Source: Amphiscolops sp. MND2022 (Eukaryota). From it: a stretch of DNA of 64,000 nt. The DNA lies in assembly GCA_964187785.1 (NCBI GenBank), contig OZ076409.1, forward strand, positions 81,470,001 to 81,534,000, written 5' to 3'. The position numbers were made by a program, and so were the translations under genes. Shown here one piece after another: positions 12,431 to 26,722 of this stretch (the stretch's first letter is position 1; the number at the start of each line of letters is the position of its first letter). The notes beneath the pieces were generated by a model that saw only the letters and a list, made by a program, of their open reading frames with translations, was not told where the DNA came from and searched no databases.

Positions 12431-15212
12431 ATTTCTCAATTAAACACTTAATCGAAAAAAATTTCGATGTAGACGTGCACATCCTGCACATTCCCAGACA
12501 TGCACATTGGATGTTGAGATCATAGGACCCCATAACTATTGGTAATTTTTTGCAAAGACATCCGTGGCCCTTCAGCAAATCCATCAGTTTTATTCTTGTG
12601 GCTGGCAATGACCAAAGTTGTAAATAAGAACAACATCAGAACAAATTTTGAATTTACCAGTTTAATTTATTACCAATAGGCTCCATGCATCTGTTTGTTA
12701 AATTTGCGCTTTGCGAGAGAACTTTTCAAGTCCTATATTATTCTCTATTTACTGTCATTAAGGTGGCTCCGGTTCAGTCTGTAACTCAAGGATCGCATTC
12801 ATCTTTCGAGTCCACTTGTGGTGTTTTTCTCAAAAGCCGGACAATCCCCATCATTTCTTAATTTGGAGTATGGAAAACAAAATATTCAGAACACACGCTA
12901 CAAAACAGAGAATATGGTGTTGCATTTAAAGCCATACAAATCTTCACAGTCTCATCGTTATAAAAGTCAAGTGTCAAGTACGTGGCATTTTTTTGCACGA
13001 AACGGTTGGTTTCAGTTGTCAGTGCGACTTTAGGCAACACGCTAGAGCAATTTTTGACTCGAAATTATTGACAATGGAGCCGTAAATGACTGACGTTCAT
13101 ACGCACCCGAAACTAAATAAAATCTTCATTTGTCATGAGGCGATGTTGAAGACCAAATGCTATTTGCAAAATGGTCATCCTATCAAAATCATTCAATTTC
13201 TTAGCTGCAAGTTTTTAGTAAACACGCAAAAGAGCATCATTATGCATCGGATCAAAACAAAACAAGTCTGGAAGTCTCAGATTTGTGCCCCGCATAAGGC
13301 CCAAAAAGTCTTTTGAATATGCTCAGGGATGGGTTTTGAAAAGTCCTGAAAAATCTCACAAAGTCGACAAGTTCTAGAGGTTTCAATTTAGACTCAAGCG
13401 CAATTGTTGAGACAATTTTGAAAATTGCCATGGTTCGAAAATGCTCAAGGAAGATCCTACGAAAAATGGAAGCCTTAACTCACTGAAATAGTGGAGTACC
13501 TTTTTGTTTTTGAATGTGGCGTTTGGTATTTAGGATTTCGAAAAACCGTAGATAGAGCTTTTTACATTGTGGCTAGCTCAATTGAGTTTATTGTCAAATC
13601 TACACATAACCAAAAAGTTGACCTTGAAATTTTATCATAATTGCCAGAGGTTTTCTGGATTTTTCAAGGGGAGGTTTTACCAAGGCTTTGAACCTGATAT
13701 CAAACGTTCCAGGATTTTTGACCACAAAATCCTAGGATTTGACCTGGATCATTTGACCCAAAATCCTAGTTTTAGTGTAAAACGCTTAAATCTTTTTTTT
13801 GGTTATTTCTCTCGGATTGAAAGAAAAACAGAAAAACCGACGAAAAGCAAATATGTAATGGGCAATAAATGAGAAACAATGAAACATTGACGGTTCATGG
13901 GCCAAAAACAATGGAATTGAAAGTTTAAAAGGCATTTGAGTTCGTACTAGTGTCTTCAACTCAATTTTGCTTTCCCTGATGTGCCATATGGAAAAAAAAT
14001 TAGTCTCTAAGGCGAATTTCCAAACTATTTTATGTCATGTTTCAATCAAATACTCCAAATACAGAGGTTCTTCTACAGATTTCAACCACCAAAAATAAGG
14101 AGATCTTTGAACTTCCATTTAAAAAATGCCCGAACGAACAACGCTAAAAAGGCAAAATTTTGGTCTTTTCAGCAAGTTTTATTGAACTTCTAAACGTTTC
14201 TTTTTATGAGAAACGTCCACATAATTCAGCGAAAAAACTGAGGCAAGATCATCCTGGTTTTCACAGAAACCGAAGATTTTTCTTGGAAAAGAGCCTGAAT
14301 CAAATTGGTCACAAAGTGTTGAAGTTTTCGAACTTTCAAGTTCTTCGTGCAAGTTTTGAACGTTTTCGTTGCCATACGTTTATTTGCTACGCTAGAGGCT
14401 TAAAATATTTTGATGAAATAAGTCAGGGTGGAAAATAGCATGGCTCTCTGCGGGCGTCATGTTCCTAAGTATTTTAAAGCTACACCGACTGGACCCAATG
14501 TTATCCCAGCTATAGCTAACGGAATACTAGATTTCATAAAAATCTTTTTCAAAATAGAAAAAATGTGGCTTAAATTTACATCACTTGGATTGTTCATGTT
14601 CCCGCGGCTTAAATGAACCAATTTGGAAATAGCTTTTTCCTCTTCTTACTAGAAACAGTTGAATCTATGTTCCCAAAGCCTTGAGATTATTTGCCATTGT
14701 GTCAATACTTTTAGAGACCTCACTTCACATAACACTTTCATTTGCAAGTGGGATTCATTGAGAGGTGAATTCCTTTGATAGCCGAAGAACATCGAGTGTC
14801 TTCAGTTGGTTGCTGTTCTTTGAGAGCTCTTTTGAAACCACATCAAGTGTTTCTTGATTTGAAACTGCATGTTTTCTGGAGCCAGAATAACGAACTTACC
14901 AAATTGCCTGACTTTTACAAAAAAGTTGTCTATTAATTGGATCTCCAAGGAGAAAAATCTATGGCAACTTTCCATTCATGAAACTTTTTTAGCTGCAACA
15001 TTTTTTGTGTGTGACGATTATTTTGCGGACCTGGTAGCAAGTCATGAGCATTAACTTTGATTCAAGTCTTTTCCTAATTAGCTGAGGTCATTTTAGTGAC
15101 CAAGGGCACCAATTGATGCCACATTGCTTGACCTTAACGATGTTTTACAGGTCATTATAGTGATCTTGCGCAAGACTGGGTATCACGTCAAGTGACCTTT
15201 CCTTTTTTGCAG

Positions 15213-15517
15213 GTCAAATTAGTGATTTGGTGTAGCAGTGAGTGGAACTTGTTAGACGTGACGTACCTGACCTTTGGGATAGTGGCCTTCTTCTTCTCCA
15301 TCTCACAGGGCTGGCCCATGGTGTTCGCCCGCGCCCTCTATGGCATCACTTCCATTCTCATGTGGATCCGGCTGCTCAGGTTCTATCTGGCCAGTGAGAA
15401 GCTGGGCAGCATGTGGATCATGATCAGACGCATGCTCTGGGAAACCATCATCTTCATGACGCACATGGGCATCATGATACTCGCATCTGGCATCAGTTTG
15501 TACTGTATTAACTACAG
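15213..15517 (+). CDS. TRPM-like channel exon (S3-S4-S5)
   Basis: tttgcag acceptor and gttagt donor. Encodes WNLLD...ARALY...WIRLLRFY.ASEKLGSMWIMIRRMLWETIIF, the TRP S4 and S4-S5 linker pattern. GC-rich codon usage against AT-rich flanks. Confidence 0.9.
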
Positions 15518-16200
15518 GTTAGTTAGCATTGCATTGATTTCTGTTTTTTTTTCGTTGGATTTTATGAATGAGAGGTCACACAACACCCTTCCTGTTCGAA
15601 GCGTTTGTATTTATGAAGATTTTCAAAGTTATTTGAAAAAAGTTATTATAATGAAAAGTCCCAAAAAGTTTTTGAATGCCCCGAAATTCAAAAGTTTCAA
15701 GCTTGCACTATTTTGGCACAATTTTTCAATGCTTTGGTGAGTGTGAGGCTCATACAAGAAAACAGTTACCTAAAATACCACAGAAAAATGTATAATTTTT
15801 TAAAAACTATTCTTAAAATAAATCAAAAAGTGTTAACATTTTTCCGAACTTATCGTGCAAGTTTCGTAGTGTATCAGGTATGCTCCAGCCCTAAAAATAT
15901 GTCGATAAAATAATTCAAGACATAAAATACCCGAGTGCTCTGCGGGCGTCTTGTTAGACTTCAAAAAACTCCATTGTACAAAAACAATTTCGGATAAATT
16001 TTTAAATTTTGGCAATCTTTATTCCACAATCACTGAGTGACATTTTGAACTTTGCGGTATCTTTCGGCTTCAATATTTATGCTCCTGTTTGAGCTTGTTT
16101 TTGACAAAAATCTGACCTGAATTCTCATCATAATTATTGAACCGGAAATATGAGTTTGCAATGGTTTTAATCAACTTCTTCATTCTCATTTCGTTTTCAG

Positions 16201-16290
16201 GCCTCCTTCGGATGACGACGAACTTTTCTGGAGCAAAGGCAGCTCAATTGGCGTGGGTGATACGTCCAAGTGTCCCAGTATAAAGAGCCA
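16201..16290 (+). CDS. TRPM-like channel exon (extracellular loop after S5)
   Basis: tttcag acceptor and gtacgt donor; 90 nt, phase 2/2, compatible with both neighbouring exons. Encodes RPPSDDDELFWSKGSSIGVGDTSKCPSIKSQ. Confidence 0.7.
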
Positions 16291-16768
16291 GTACGTTGTT
16301 TCACTCTTCTAAATAACTGCAGTTAAAAATATCTAGAGCGAAATATCAAGAGAATAAGAAATGTTTGGTCCAGACCTGATCCCAGACTAGGAAGTATCTG
16401 AAAACTAGCATTTACAGGGAGAACTTGAAATTCTGCTTCGCTTCAAAAATTGGATAGCTAAAAACGGATGTCAAATTCTTCCGAGCTGACATCAATCATT
16501 TCGAATCTATCGCATCTCGAGCAGAAGCGCTTGTCCCCATAACGATAATTTTGTTTACTGGAAAATATTCAATACAAAAAACTACCATTTTTCATTAATC
16601 CAATGCACCTGCAGGTGGTTGGTAAGTTGCGAGAGGTGGTTTTGATAGTAAAATTCTATTTTGGATACATACTACAAAGAAATTGAAATCAAACATCAGT
16701 TTCAAATGCCAGACTTATCTGTGTTGACCCTGATCCAACGCAAAATGGCACTTCATGTACTTCCATGC

Positions 16769-17416
16769 TGTCGTAACCTTCATCATCACTTTGTTCAAAA
16801 TCCAATGGATTCTCCCTACAGTGATTATTCTGGTTACTGGAAGTTGCGATTAATTTAGGGAAGTTCTCGCCTGAGTCCTGGATCTGTTGGCAAAATTTAC
16901 TTTTATGCCGTCCAGCTGACTCAAGGTCTAAATTTTGAGTCATTTGGATGTTTCTATCTGGATGCCGTCCATCTGACCGAAGGTCCCATTTTCTATTTTT
17001 TGTCTCTCTCTTTTGTTCGCAATCACATTTTCAATACTAGGAAGTATCTTTTCATCAATGGCTGAGTTTATTACTTCCAAAATATGAGAATTTAAATCAG
17101 ACTTCATCTCTTCCAATTTCCTCGACATTTGCGAGGAAATTTCCGAACTAATTGCTCTGCTAGTTTCAGCTGTGATTTCACTATTCTCACTCAAATTAGT
17201 ATACAAAAGATACCTATAGTTGCTTTCTTCTTGGCCAAAACCTTGTTGCCGTCTACTTGACTCAGGGTCAATTTCTAATTGATCTACGGTATCTTGGCCT
17301 CTAGAATCACTGTTAACGTAATTTCCTAACATCACATCTAAGTTTTCAATATCTGACATTACGTCAGATTGTCTTGAGCGTTTCTCTTTCGCCTTTTGCT
17401 TTCTAGTTGAAGGCAT
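16769..17416 (-). pseudogene. gag: Gag N-terminal segment encoded inside the solo LTR (one frameshift near 16990-17000)
   Basis: MPSTRKQKAKEKRSRQSDVMSDIENLDVMLG versus MPTTRKQKKARKSRGLEILSDIENLDMMLG at 53135. The second frame runs ...SDDEGYD exactly to the LTR end. TATATATA lies ~116 nt upstream of the ATG. Confidence 0.85.
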
Positions 17417-18267
17417 ATCAAAAGAAAATTTGTTCAATAGTAGATTGTCAAATTGGAGAGTTGTGACAGAATTGTTTGTATTGAGATTGCGGTATATCGA
17501 ATGAATGAATCCAATTGCAACTGAACTTCCGTATATATACTCCTACCCGCATGACACTCAATATTTAGGGTGTCATAGGGTAAAAATAGTAATGACATCA
17601 CTATTACATCATAATTCTAAATATAGCAACTGAGATTACATGTGACCACACGTCATAGGTTCTATAAATAGGAACAACACGTGAGTTATTAATTGGCAGA
17701 TGTAAGCGGTAACTTTCATGCAACTACAGATTTATTACTACATGCATTTAACAAATTGGACCTAACGTCCGCATGACGGCATTGAAACATAACTAAGTGT
17801 AGCGCCGTGATTGGTTAAAAGTGAAGTGACTACGCGTCAACTAGACGGCAGCAGCGCACCAGTTGAACGCGTTTCCTTTCACTTGCATAGTTGTCTTGCC
17901 TTCTACTACTATTATCAACGTCAATCAAATTATTAAAATACACTGCATTTCCGCACCTTTTGGTACTAGTTCACACTGTTATTATTAATGTAATGTATCA
18001 ACTAATTTACATAAGACGGTAACACAATATAATTAGTAATGCCGTCAAAATGACCTTGAGTCACATAAGTAGCACTTCTGGTGTACCTGTAAGGATTATC
18101 AATAGTGAACATTTAAACTAAATTGCATGGAGTTATTGTTTTTACTAAATAGTAAGAGTATTGGGGTGTTTCTTCTCAAATAGGTAAGATTCCCGGTCCG
18201 GGGTTAGTATTGTCGTCTTCGGGTCCCACTCGGTACAATATTCCGTCGCGGGCGGCCGCCTCCGACA
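16769..18267 (-). mobile_element. Solo LTR (1499 bp) of a Ty3/Gypsy family related to the element at 51993
   Basis: Element-strand termini TGTCGGAGGCGGCCGCC...GGTTACGACA (TGTCG/CGACA inverted). Perfect 5-bp target-site duplication CATGC at 16764-16768 and 18268-18272. 5' end resembles TGTCGCAGGCTGCCGCCTGTGACGG at 51993. Confidence 0.92.
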
Positions 18268-18992
18268 CATGCACTTCCGTAATGATGCAATAAGATATTT
18301 GCGTACAAAAGTATTTTACGATTTTTGCAGTTTTCATGCACGGAATTGTATGAAATTATTACTTACTCTACACAATTTCATTCCAGGCATAACTTCATTA
18401 TAGACCGACAAATTAATCCGATGATCACGGAACGACATGGCTTTATCCGACAAGTTCCCAATGTTTTCATAAAAACAATAGTAGGTTCATATGATTCCAC
18501 ACGAAACAATACAATGTATATAGTTCTGTAAGTTTTCATGCATGGAAATTGCACGTATGGAATTGCATGAAATCCTCATGAATTCGGATCCAGGCAAACT
18601 TCCAAATCTTTATTTCTAAACCCAGCTCTGACAGACTACGAAATCTCTTATCTATATCTGGGGTGTCAACTCGGAATTACGAATGAGCGTCGTAGCAATG
18701 ATGGGAACTTGTTTTGAAATACATGCAATACAACTTTTGAATACAATCACAGATACGTGAAATGTTTATTTTCACTTGCCTGTCAAAGAACGAGATGTCA
18801 CAACTCCAGTAAAAAAAGATATTGGAGTTTGTAACAGCTACACACTGGGCTTTCATGAAAACTAGTATTGATCAATTGTATCGACATTTCACAACCTTAT
18901 ATTTCAAAGAGAAGTCTCTTGTTAATACCTTAATGTAGTAGCCCTCTGACAAATTTAGAATTATCTTGTCATGTCCAATGTTTGTTTCTCAG

Positions 18993-19174
18993 GATCGAAA
19001 TCTACAACAAACCTCACTGGCTGTTTCTGAAACCCTACTTCATGTTCAACGGAGAACTGTTCCTCGACAAACTCAAGTGTGGCGATAACGGCAGCATGGC
19101 GTGGGTCATGGCCGCTCTGGTCCTGTTGCTAGGCAACGCTCTCATGCTCAATCTGTTGGTTGCTATCTACGCAG
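18993..19174 (+). CDS. TRPM-like channel exon (pore helix and S6)
   Basis: ttctcag acceptor and gtatga donor. Encodes LFLKPYFMFNGELFLD (TRPM PYxxxxGE pore motif) and NALMLNLLVAIY (S6 NLLIAM motif). Confidence 0.92.
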
Positions 19175-19608
19175 GTATGATCAACCATGGAGCAACTTTT
19201 ATGACCTTTTACGAAAAACACTCAGCTCCCTGAATAACATCAAAAGCCTACCTTTTCCACAGGCCATTGCACAAAAACAGTAGTTCCTTTGAAATAACTA
19301 TAGAGAGTAATAATCTATAAAAAGCATGCCATTAGATTTCCATGATCTCATAAACGGGTAAACTTGTTGAAATAAAATAAAATTCAAATTTGATCATGCC
19401 AGCTCAGAAAGGAGTGAAACTTTATGGTATATCAAATTATTTTCATATCAAAATGATCAAAATCATTCAAATATTACAATTGAATTGAATAGTACAAGTG
19501 TTCAATTCTTTAACTTGGAGTAATAAAAACAACTTGCTTTTTACCTCATCAAAAATGAAATAAGTCAATCTCAACAGCATATTTTTCGCATTTTTTGCAT
19601 GCATGCAG

Positions 19609-19759
19609 CCATCTTTAACGACGTGCAGGAGAACTCAGAGCGGGAATGGAAGATGGAGATGTACTGGCTGCTGAAGGACTTCGAGGAAAAGACAATTCTA
19701 CCTCCGCCCCTTTCTCTCATCGAAACTGCCGTCCAACTAGCCCGTGTAATCCATCGCAA
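19609..19759 (+). CDS. TRPM-like channel exon (TRP domain)
   Basis: tgcag acceptor (phase 1, matching the previous exon) and gttagt donor. Encodes IFNDVQENSEREWKMEMYWLLKDFEEKTILPPPL (TRP box and LPPP). Confidence 0.92.
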
Positions 19760-19984
19760 GTTAGTTCCACCATCACTCATCACTCAAGAACGTTCTCGGT
19801 CAACGCCGTGACACATTAATGCACATGGATTATCGTGTGTGGTTCATAAATAAGGTACACAAGAATTATAGCACAAAGTGCCATTTGTCTTGAACTTGGA
19901 AATTTCTGTCAGAAGTTTGTAAAAAATATTATTATTTTCCGCCCATATTTCAAATGGGAAAGGAAAATATTTAAATCGAACGGG

Positions 19985-20797
19985 TTTTTAGGAGTCGGAA
20001 AAAATTTTCGACTACTTATGCAATCGTGTTGTTTTTTTTTCTCCCGACCTTTTCATGAAAATTTCAAATTTCTCAAAAACTGTCCATACGATTTTCACGA
20101 AATTTTGCACAGTCATTCTACACCCAAAGGGGCCCCTGCGTGTGCAAAGGCATCAAAATCGTATGGCTGGGATGTGAGAAACATAGCCACAATTAGCCCA
20201 AAAATGGCCAAAAAACAGCAATTTTTCGACTTTTTTCGATTTTCTCAAAAACTGTCCATACGATTCGAACGAAATTTTCTACAGTTATTCTACACCATAT
20301 TAGAGTCCTATATGTGCAATGGCATCAAAATCGTATGGCTGGGATGTGAGAAACATAGCCAGTATTAGCCCAAAAATGGCCAAAAAACAGCCATTTTTCG
20401 ACTTTTTTCGCTTTTCTCAAAAACTGTCCATACGATTCGAACGAAATTTTCTACAGTAATTCTACACCATATTAGAGTCCTATATGTGCAATGGCATCAA
20501 AATCGTATGGCTGGGATGTGAGAAACATAGCCAAAATTAGCCCAAAAATGGCAAAAAAGGGCCATTTTTCGACTTTTTTCGATTTTCTCAAAAACTGTCC
20601 ATACGATTCGAACGAAATTTTCTACAGTTATTCTACACCATATTAGAGTCCTATATGTGCAATGACATCAAAATCGTATGGCTGGGATGTGAGAAACAGC
20701 CAAAATTAGCCCAAAAATGGTCAAACCAGGGCCATTTTTCGACTTCAGAAGGAAAAAGACCTAAGCCGACTCCTTTACCGCACATGCGGCTCTGGTT
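19985..20797 (+). mobile_element. HINE-like element (family B) with ~4 internal 172-bp tandem units
   Basis: 5' TTTTTAGGAGTCGG and 3' CCGACTCCT subterminal inverted repeat, followed by hairpin CCGCA-CA-TGCGG and CTCTGGTT. ACTGTCCATACG recurs at 20079, 20251, 20423 and 20594. Confidence 0.8.
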
Positions 20798-20989
20798 TTT
20801 TTTTTACAAAATTTGCCAAGAATTTATTTATATCAAAGCTAAAGGGTTTCACCCATAGAATTCAGCTCACATAAATTTAGCTTCGTGCGAATTGTTTTCG
20901 TGGAGATTTCCGGACTTTTTTAGTTGACCCCAAGGACCCCAGAATGACCTCAAAATAACTTAAAAATGACCCCAAAAAAAAGAAAATGT

Positions 20990-22700
20990 GCATTTTTTTA
21001 CGTTTTAATGCAATTTTTGTCGAGTTTCCGATAAATGTCGTGGATTAGAATGTTGAAAAGATTCACAAAGACAAAAACTCGTTGTCCAGTAGTCGTTTAT
21101 GAAGAGATAAATGCGTTTTTTTGGAAAGAAAAAGACCCAAAAATGACAGAGAAGACCAAAAATTTCTAGATTTTTAACGTTTTTAAGCAGTTTTTGTCAA
21201 ATTTTCGAAAGAATTCGTGGACTAGAATGTTGAAAACGATCAACATGGTACAAGGTTTGTTGTCCAGTAGGCATTTCCGAAGAGATAATGGCTGTTTTTT
21301 TACTGAAAAAAGTCTCAAAGTGACAAAAGTCCCTAAATTTTCCATTTTTCAAAGTTTCTACGCATTTCTCGTCAAATTTTGGAGACTTGACACCGAAATT
21401 GACAAAAAACACAAAAGTTTCCAACTTTCAAAGTGAAGTTTTATGCTTTTTTTGTTAAAGTTTCACAGACTTCGTGGATTGGAATGTTTTGAAGGGTCAA
21501 CAATGATAAAATTGGTACGTCCCGTAGTCTTTAATGAAGACATAATTGCAATATTCTGATTGAAAATGTCTCAAATTGACACCGAAAATGACAAAAATCC
21601 CAAAAATTTCCAATTTTCAAAGACTTCATGCATTTTTTCCAAATTTTTGACAGACTTCGCCAATTGGAAAAGTTGAAAAGGTTCAACAAAAAAAATAAGT
21701 GTTGTCTAGTTTGCTTAGAAAAGAGATAAATACAGTTTTTCAATGGAAAATTGTCCGGAATCGAGATCGAAAAAGACAAAATTTCGAAAAATGATCAAAT
21801 TCCTTCTTTTCCACTTTTTGTCAAAATATCGATAGACTTCGTGGACTACAGTGTTTAAACGCTTAAGGCGTGGGCAAACTTGTTGTTTCGGTGAGCCTTG
21901 GAAAACTGAATATTTTGGAAAAACTTAAAATTTTCAAGTTTTTTTTACATTTTCAGGCAGTTTCTTGTTGTTTTTTGACCTACTTCCTTGCATAAAATGG
22001 TTTTAAACACTCAACACTAACTAATCCGGGTATCTCCAGTAGGCAATTTTCAAGAGATAACTGCATTTTTTTGTTGGAATTGGTCTCAAAAACACCCAAA
22101 AATCCATGAAACAACAAAAAAGCACAATGTTTGACAAACTAATCCCATTTTTGTTCAAGCCATGAAAGTTTTAAAGAAAGAGAAATTTCAATGACCTCAG
22201 CGTTTAAACAATAAGGTATTCAAAACGCAATTGTGGGGAAAATGGGCATGAAGTTCACCGAGTTTACAGCAAAGGTGTCAAAGTTTCCAAACTTTCTTTA
22301 TTTTCGACAATATAGTCCCAATTTTGGACACTTTCCTAAAACTTACTTCAATCAGAAATATCATAGGCTCAGGATTGAAACGTCTAGCTACCGGTAGTGT
22401 TCCGAAAAGATATGAGACAAGTTTATTTGCACAACTTTCAAATACTTTCCTAAAAACGTAAAATTCAACCTCATTTGTCCAATATTTGTCATTCAAAAAC
22501 CTCCAAGCGAATTCACTAGATATGGAGTACATCTTCCTAAGAAAGATGTTTCGAGCTACTCGTGGGTTAGAATGGTGTAAACATTCAACAACAGCTAAAC
22601 TCGGTGTCCAGTAGGCTTATTTTTGAAGAGACATCTGTAGGTTCATGATCGAAAAGTTCCTCAAATTGACCCTAAAGTTGTCAAAACTATTTGCAATTTT
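20990..22700. repeat. Degenerate ~180-bp tandem repeat array
   Basis: Motif CGTGGA(T/C)TAGAATGTTGAAAAG...GTCCAGTAG...AAGAGATAA recurs at ~21039, 21216, 21473, 21658, 21840 and 22561. Confidence 0.7.
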
Positions 22701-25700
22701 TGACACTTCTGGTGAAACAATTTACAATAATATAACAAACCGGGATCGCTCAACTTTCCTAAAATTGAAACAGACCTAATTTCAAGCTTTTGCCATTTCC
22801 CCTTTTACCATTTATGGCGAAACGAGTTTCAGCTCGCGAAACTGCTTTTCTCAAGCCGAAATGTGCTATGAAAGCAAGGGGTACACTTTGACCACATGAA
22901 AGAATGAAAGTTTCGGAAAGAGGTACAGAGTCAAAAAAAACTTAAATGAGGTATTTCCCACAATCAAGAAGAAAACTCATCAGTTCCACGTGATCAAAAG
23001 TAACAAAGAGGTCACCCTCAAGACTCGGGAAACTTGTTTCCTTTACAGAAAAACTCGCAAACTAAAAATTTTGAAAATTGTTTTTAAAAAATTATTTTCA
23101 ACAAATTTATTGAAAACTTTCTTTTTTCTCGGTAAGTCGCATAGTGCCGAAAAAACGAAAAGTGGCCAGCTCTCTGAAATGATAAATTAGGGGTTTCCCT
23201 TAAAATGGGGTACGATGAATCAAAGTTTTCTTTTCTTCGAACTTATTGGCATTTTTATAGTGCATTGGCTTATTCTTGAGCCTCAAACTTATGTAGTTGT
23301 AGAACAGGTCGGGGCGGAAAATATCCCGGTGCTCAGCGGGCGTCTTGTTAATCAGCTTGTTTGAAACATGCAAAAACGCATTTTTTAAACTAGGGACGAG
23401 TCGACCATGAAATTGTTTTGAATTCCACAAATGGAACCGTAGCATAGACTGAACGACAGATCAAATGACAGTTGTATGAAAATTTTCATCATTGTTTCAT
23501 TTTTAACTATAAAAAATACACGACAAAAAAATTTTGATTGATGTGATATTTGGCGGTGACTTTAATTTTTCGGTTGGGGGACATAATCTGTGAACATAAT
23601 CGTTCTTTGAAAGCTTTCAGTACTTTAGCTCACTAGTGCCTTGTAAAGGCTCTGTGCAATGTTCTTAACGGTACCCTGGAAGTTTTCTATTTATACCAGC
23701 TTAAATGACTGACATCTTTCAAAAAGAAAAATTACAGCTGGGCGGATTATATACAGCATATTTCTTTTGTCAAAATAGAGACCATTGCTCAAAAATTAAT
23801 TCTTAGAAAACAAAACAATCACATTGATTAATTTTGCAATTTCAACATAGGTTTGATAGCTAGTCATTTTGAGATCCGAACACTGAAACATGTAAACATA
23901 TACTTTCAGAAGAAACAAGCGAAAGTTGCAATCATTGAAAACTGTTTGGTCTCCTTTTGTACCCCCATGGATATCTTAGTAAGATCTTGGCAAGATCTCG
24001 GAACAATCTTGGCTAAGATCTTGATTTATCAAGAGAGCCATGTTCCCAAGAAAAATTTTATTGTAAAATCCTATTTGGCCAAAAAATCTGGAAGGAAGTC
24101 AACAAAAACCAAAATTTATGCAAATTTACATTGTTCGACATGACAATTTTATGTTTGCAAGGTGTAAAAATTGATTGAAGAGTCCTTATGCTGTTTAGTT
24201 AAGTTAAGGAGGCACTGATTAATTTGTTCTATCAAATACACAACCGTCGCCAAACAGCGTCAGAAAAGCCCCCAGCTGAATAACTAACCAAACCGGGGCA
24301 ATGACCACTGTTTCCAGCAGTAACAGGGCTGCTGAAACAGGCTGAAAGAAAGCTGGCGATATGAAATTATAAAAATTTAGTTGTTCTCTTTGTAACTTTC
24401 CGATAGTAGCTCTGGACGTTTTTGAGCATTCTTTGGCGCCTCTGGAAGTGACAGTGGTGATAAGTGATGAGATCCAAAATTTTAAAAGCCCTCAAAATGA
24501 GCTTTCATTTGGTACATTCGCATTTCTAAGTCTTGACCAGGTGAGGATTTATTAGGATCCTTGCAGAATTTCGGAAGCCAGAATACGTTATCGTAATTTT
24601 TCGCACAATTTGCATGCAAACTTGTTTCAGCAGGTTGAAGCATTTTGACTATGAAAACGAGTAGAAATAGTCGTTGTTGTGTGAAGTGAGCCTTTAGATT
24701 GAGTCCTCTTTTAACTGCTGCTTGTACCGAAGTTATGAAGTTGCGTTACGACTAACTCTTAACAATCACTCTTCATAAAACACCTGGAGTAATGAGAAAA
24801 TTAACACATCCTCTTGTGCTACAGTGCTGTTTTTAATTAAAAACTACCTGTATAAGTACAAAGTTCAACAATCAACCCATGGATAAAGTGCTGTTTGTAA
24901 TCAAATAACACCTGCAATATCAAAACAGGAAATCGAACTAACGTGAAGGGAAAGATGGATGAGATTAATGAATATTGACTGCGACGGCACCAAATTAAAA
25001 AACTGCCGCGAAATTAATGAATAGTTCAGGGACTTTATTGCCGCGAAATTGCACAGATGAAAATTTCTATCGTTTACCGCATTGATATAAAACTCAAGTG
25101 AACCTGTGATTGGTTGAATGCAAAAATTGCCATCCACGCACTTTTGCCGAATTGCTCGTTTGTTATTATACTGCCTGCACCTGCTGAAGGTCCATTCTTT
25201 CCGCCAACCTGAACAGCTTCAACTTAAACAGCTCTCTAACTCTTTCACTTCTCCTTCATTTTCTCTACCCTTGTGTCAACTCTCACTCTTCTCATCTTCT
25301 TCCCTTGTTGAGTCGTCATTTTCTTAGACTTGAAAAGTCTGTCTTGATCTCTCCTTTTCCTTTTTTGGCGCTTATTTCAGCAAATCTTCATTGTCATGAT
25401 TTTGCCATGTCAAAACTCGTCCAGCAAATTTTCTTACTTCTCCAACTCTATCAGATCCCTGGTTAGGTGAGTCGAAAAAGACGTACTCTTTTCAGTAAAG
25501 AATTTTATTTCTCCCTTTCTCTAACTAAATTCTAACTTGTTTTTTTCCTCGGTTGTTTGAATTCTAACCTAGAAATATCTTCACTGATTTCATTTCGCGG
25601 TTGTTTTAATTGTTACTTAAAATATTTCCCGCTAATTTTATTCTACGGTTGTTAGGATTACTACCTTGGAATAATTTCTTTGGACAAAGAAAGAAAATGA

Positions 25701-26071
25701 ACTGGTCGATGTTACATATTGTTGTTTCAATTTATTTCATCAAAAGGCCTAAAGCCATTCAAATCTAACTTGATAGTAACACTAAAACTCAGGGAGTGCC
25801 GTTTCAAATAACACGGATTGTCAATTTTCTTTAACTAATTAATTCCTAAACCAAATGGAACTTCCTGTAACTTAACATCTATGTTAAATTTCTATTTGAA
25901 TATTCCTCGTTATATTAAGTTTAAATCAGGTCTATTTTGCTTGTAATTGCAGTAGGAACTTGGCAAGACTGCCTTAGAGTGTATTGGAATAGAGACTATT
26001 TGGCCAAAAAATATTGTTTGGTCCTAACATCAACCTCCTTTTCATAATTCGACAGATGTGCTACCTATGCG

Positions 26072-26722
26072 TTTTTTAGTCGGCGCTTCATGAAGTGAAA
26101 CGCGACTATTATAGTGACTCTTTTTTTTTCTTTCCACACGAACTGACCAAAATAGTTCTACAAAAGTTCTACAAAATATTATTGCATCAAAATGCACTAT
26201 TTGGTCTAGCGAACTGAACCAAAAAGGTTTTTCCTGTTTTTCCGCGTAACATACCATACCGGGCGAGACCAAAGACTCCCCCCTTTCATTTTTTTCGGCA
26301 CTGCGAGACTTTTTTTTTCGAAAAAAAAAAGTTTTCCCCAAAGGGTCCCCCTGCATTTTTTTTGATGTTTTGCGACAGAATGGATGTGGAAAAATCCCAA
26401 AGGGTCCCCCCTTTCAGTTTTTTTTCGGGATGGTGAGATTTTTTCCTGAAAATGAAAATTTTTGTTTTCTTCAATTTTTCCATGTTTTGCGACAGAATGG
26501 ATGTTGAAAAACCTCAAAGGGTCCCTCCTTTTAGTTTTTCGGCATTGTGAGACTTTAGCGCGCCACTCGGTCCATTTTTTTGAGTATGTAATTTTTTCGA
26601 AAAATTTTTTTTCAAAAAATTTCGATTTTCGAGTACTGTAAAAGAGTACTTGACACTTGGAAGTCTTTTTGCTATTTTTGAGCCTTGGATATGACGCCGA
26701 CTTGGGCCGGTCCCGGCTTGTT
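26072..26722 (+). mobile_element. DINE-1/HINE-like element (family A)
   Basis: TTTTTTAGTCGGCGC...CGCCGACTTGGGCCGGTCCCGGCTTGTT; closely similar to 48478-49133. Confidence 0.85.
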
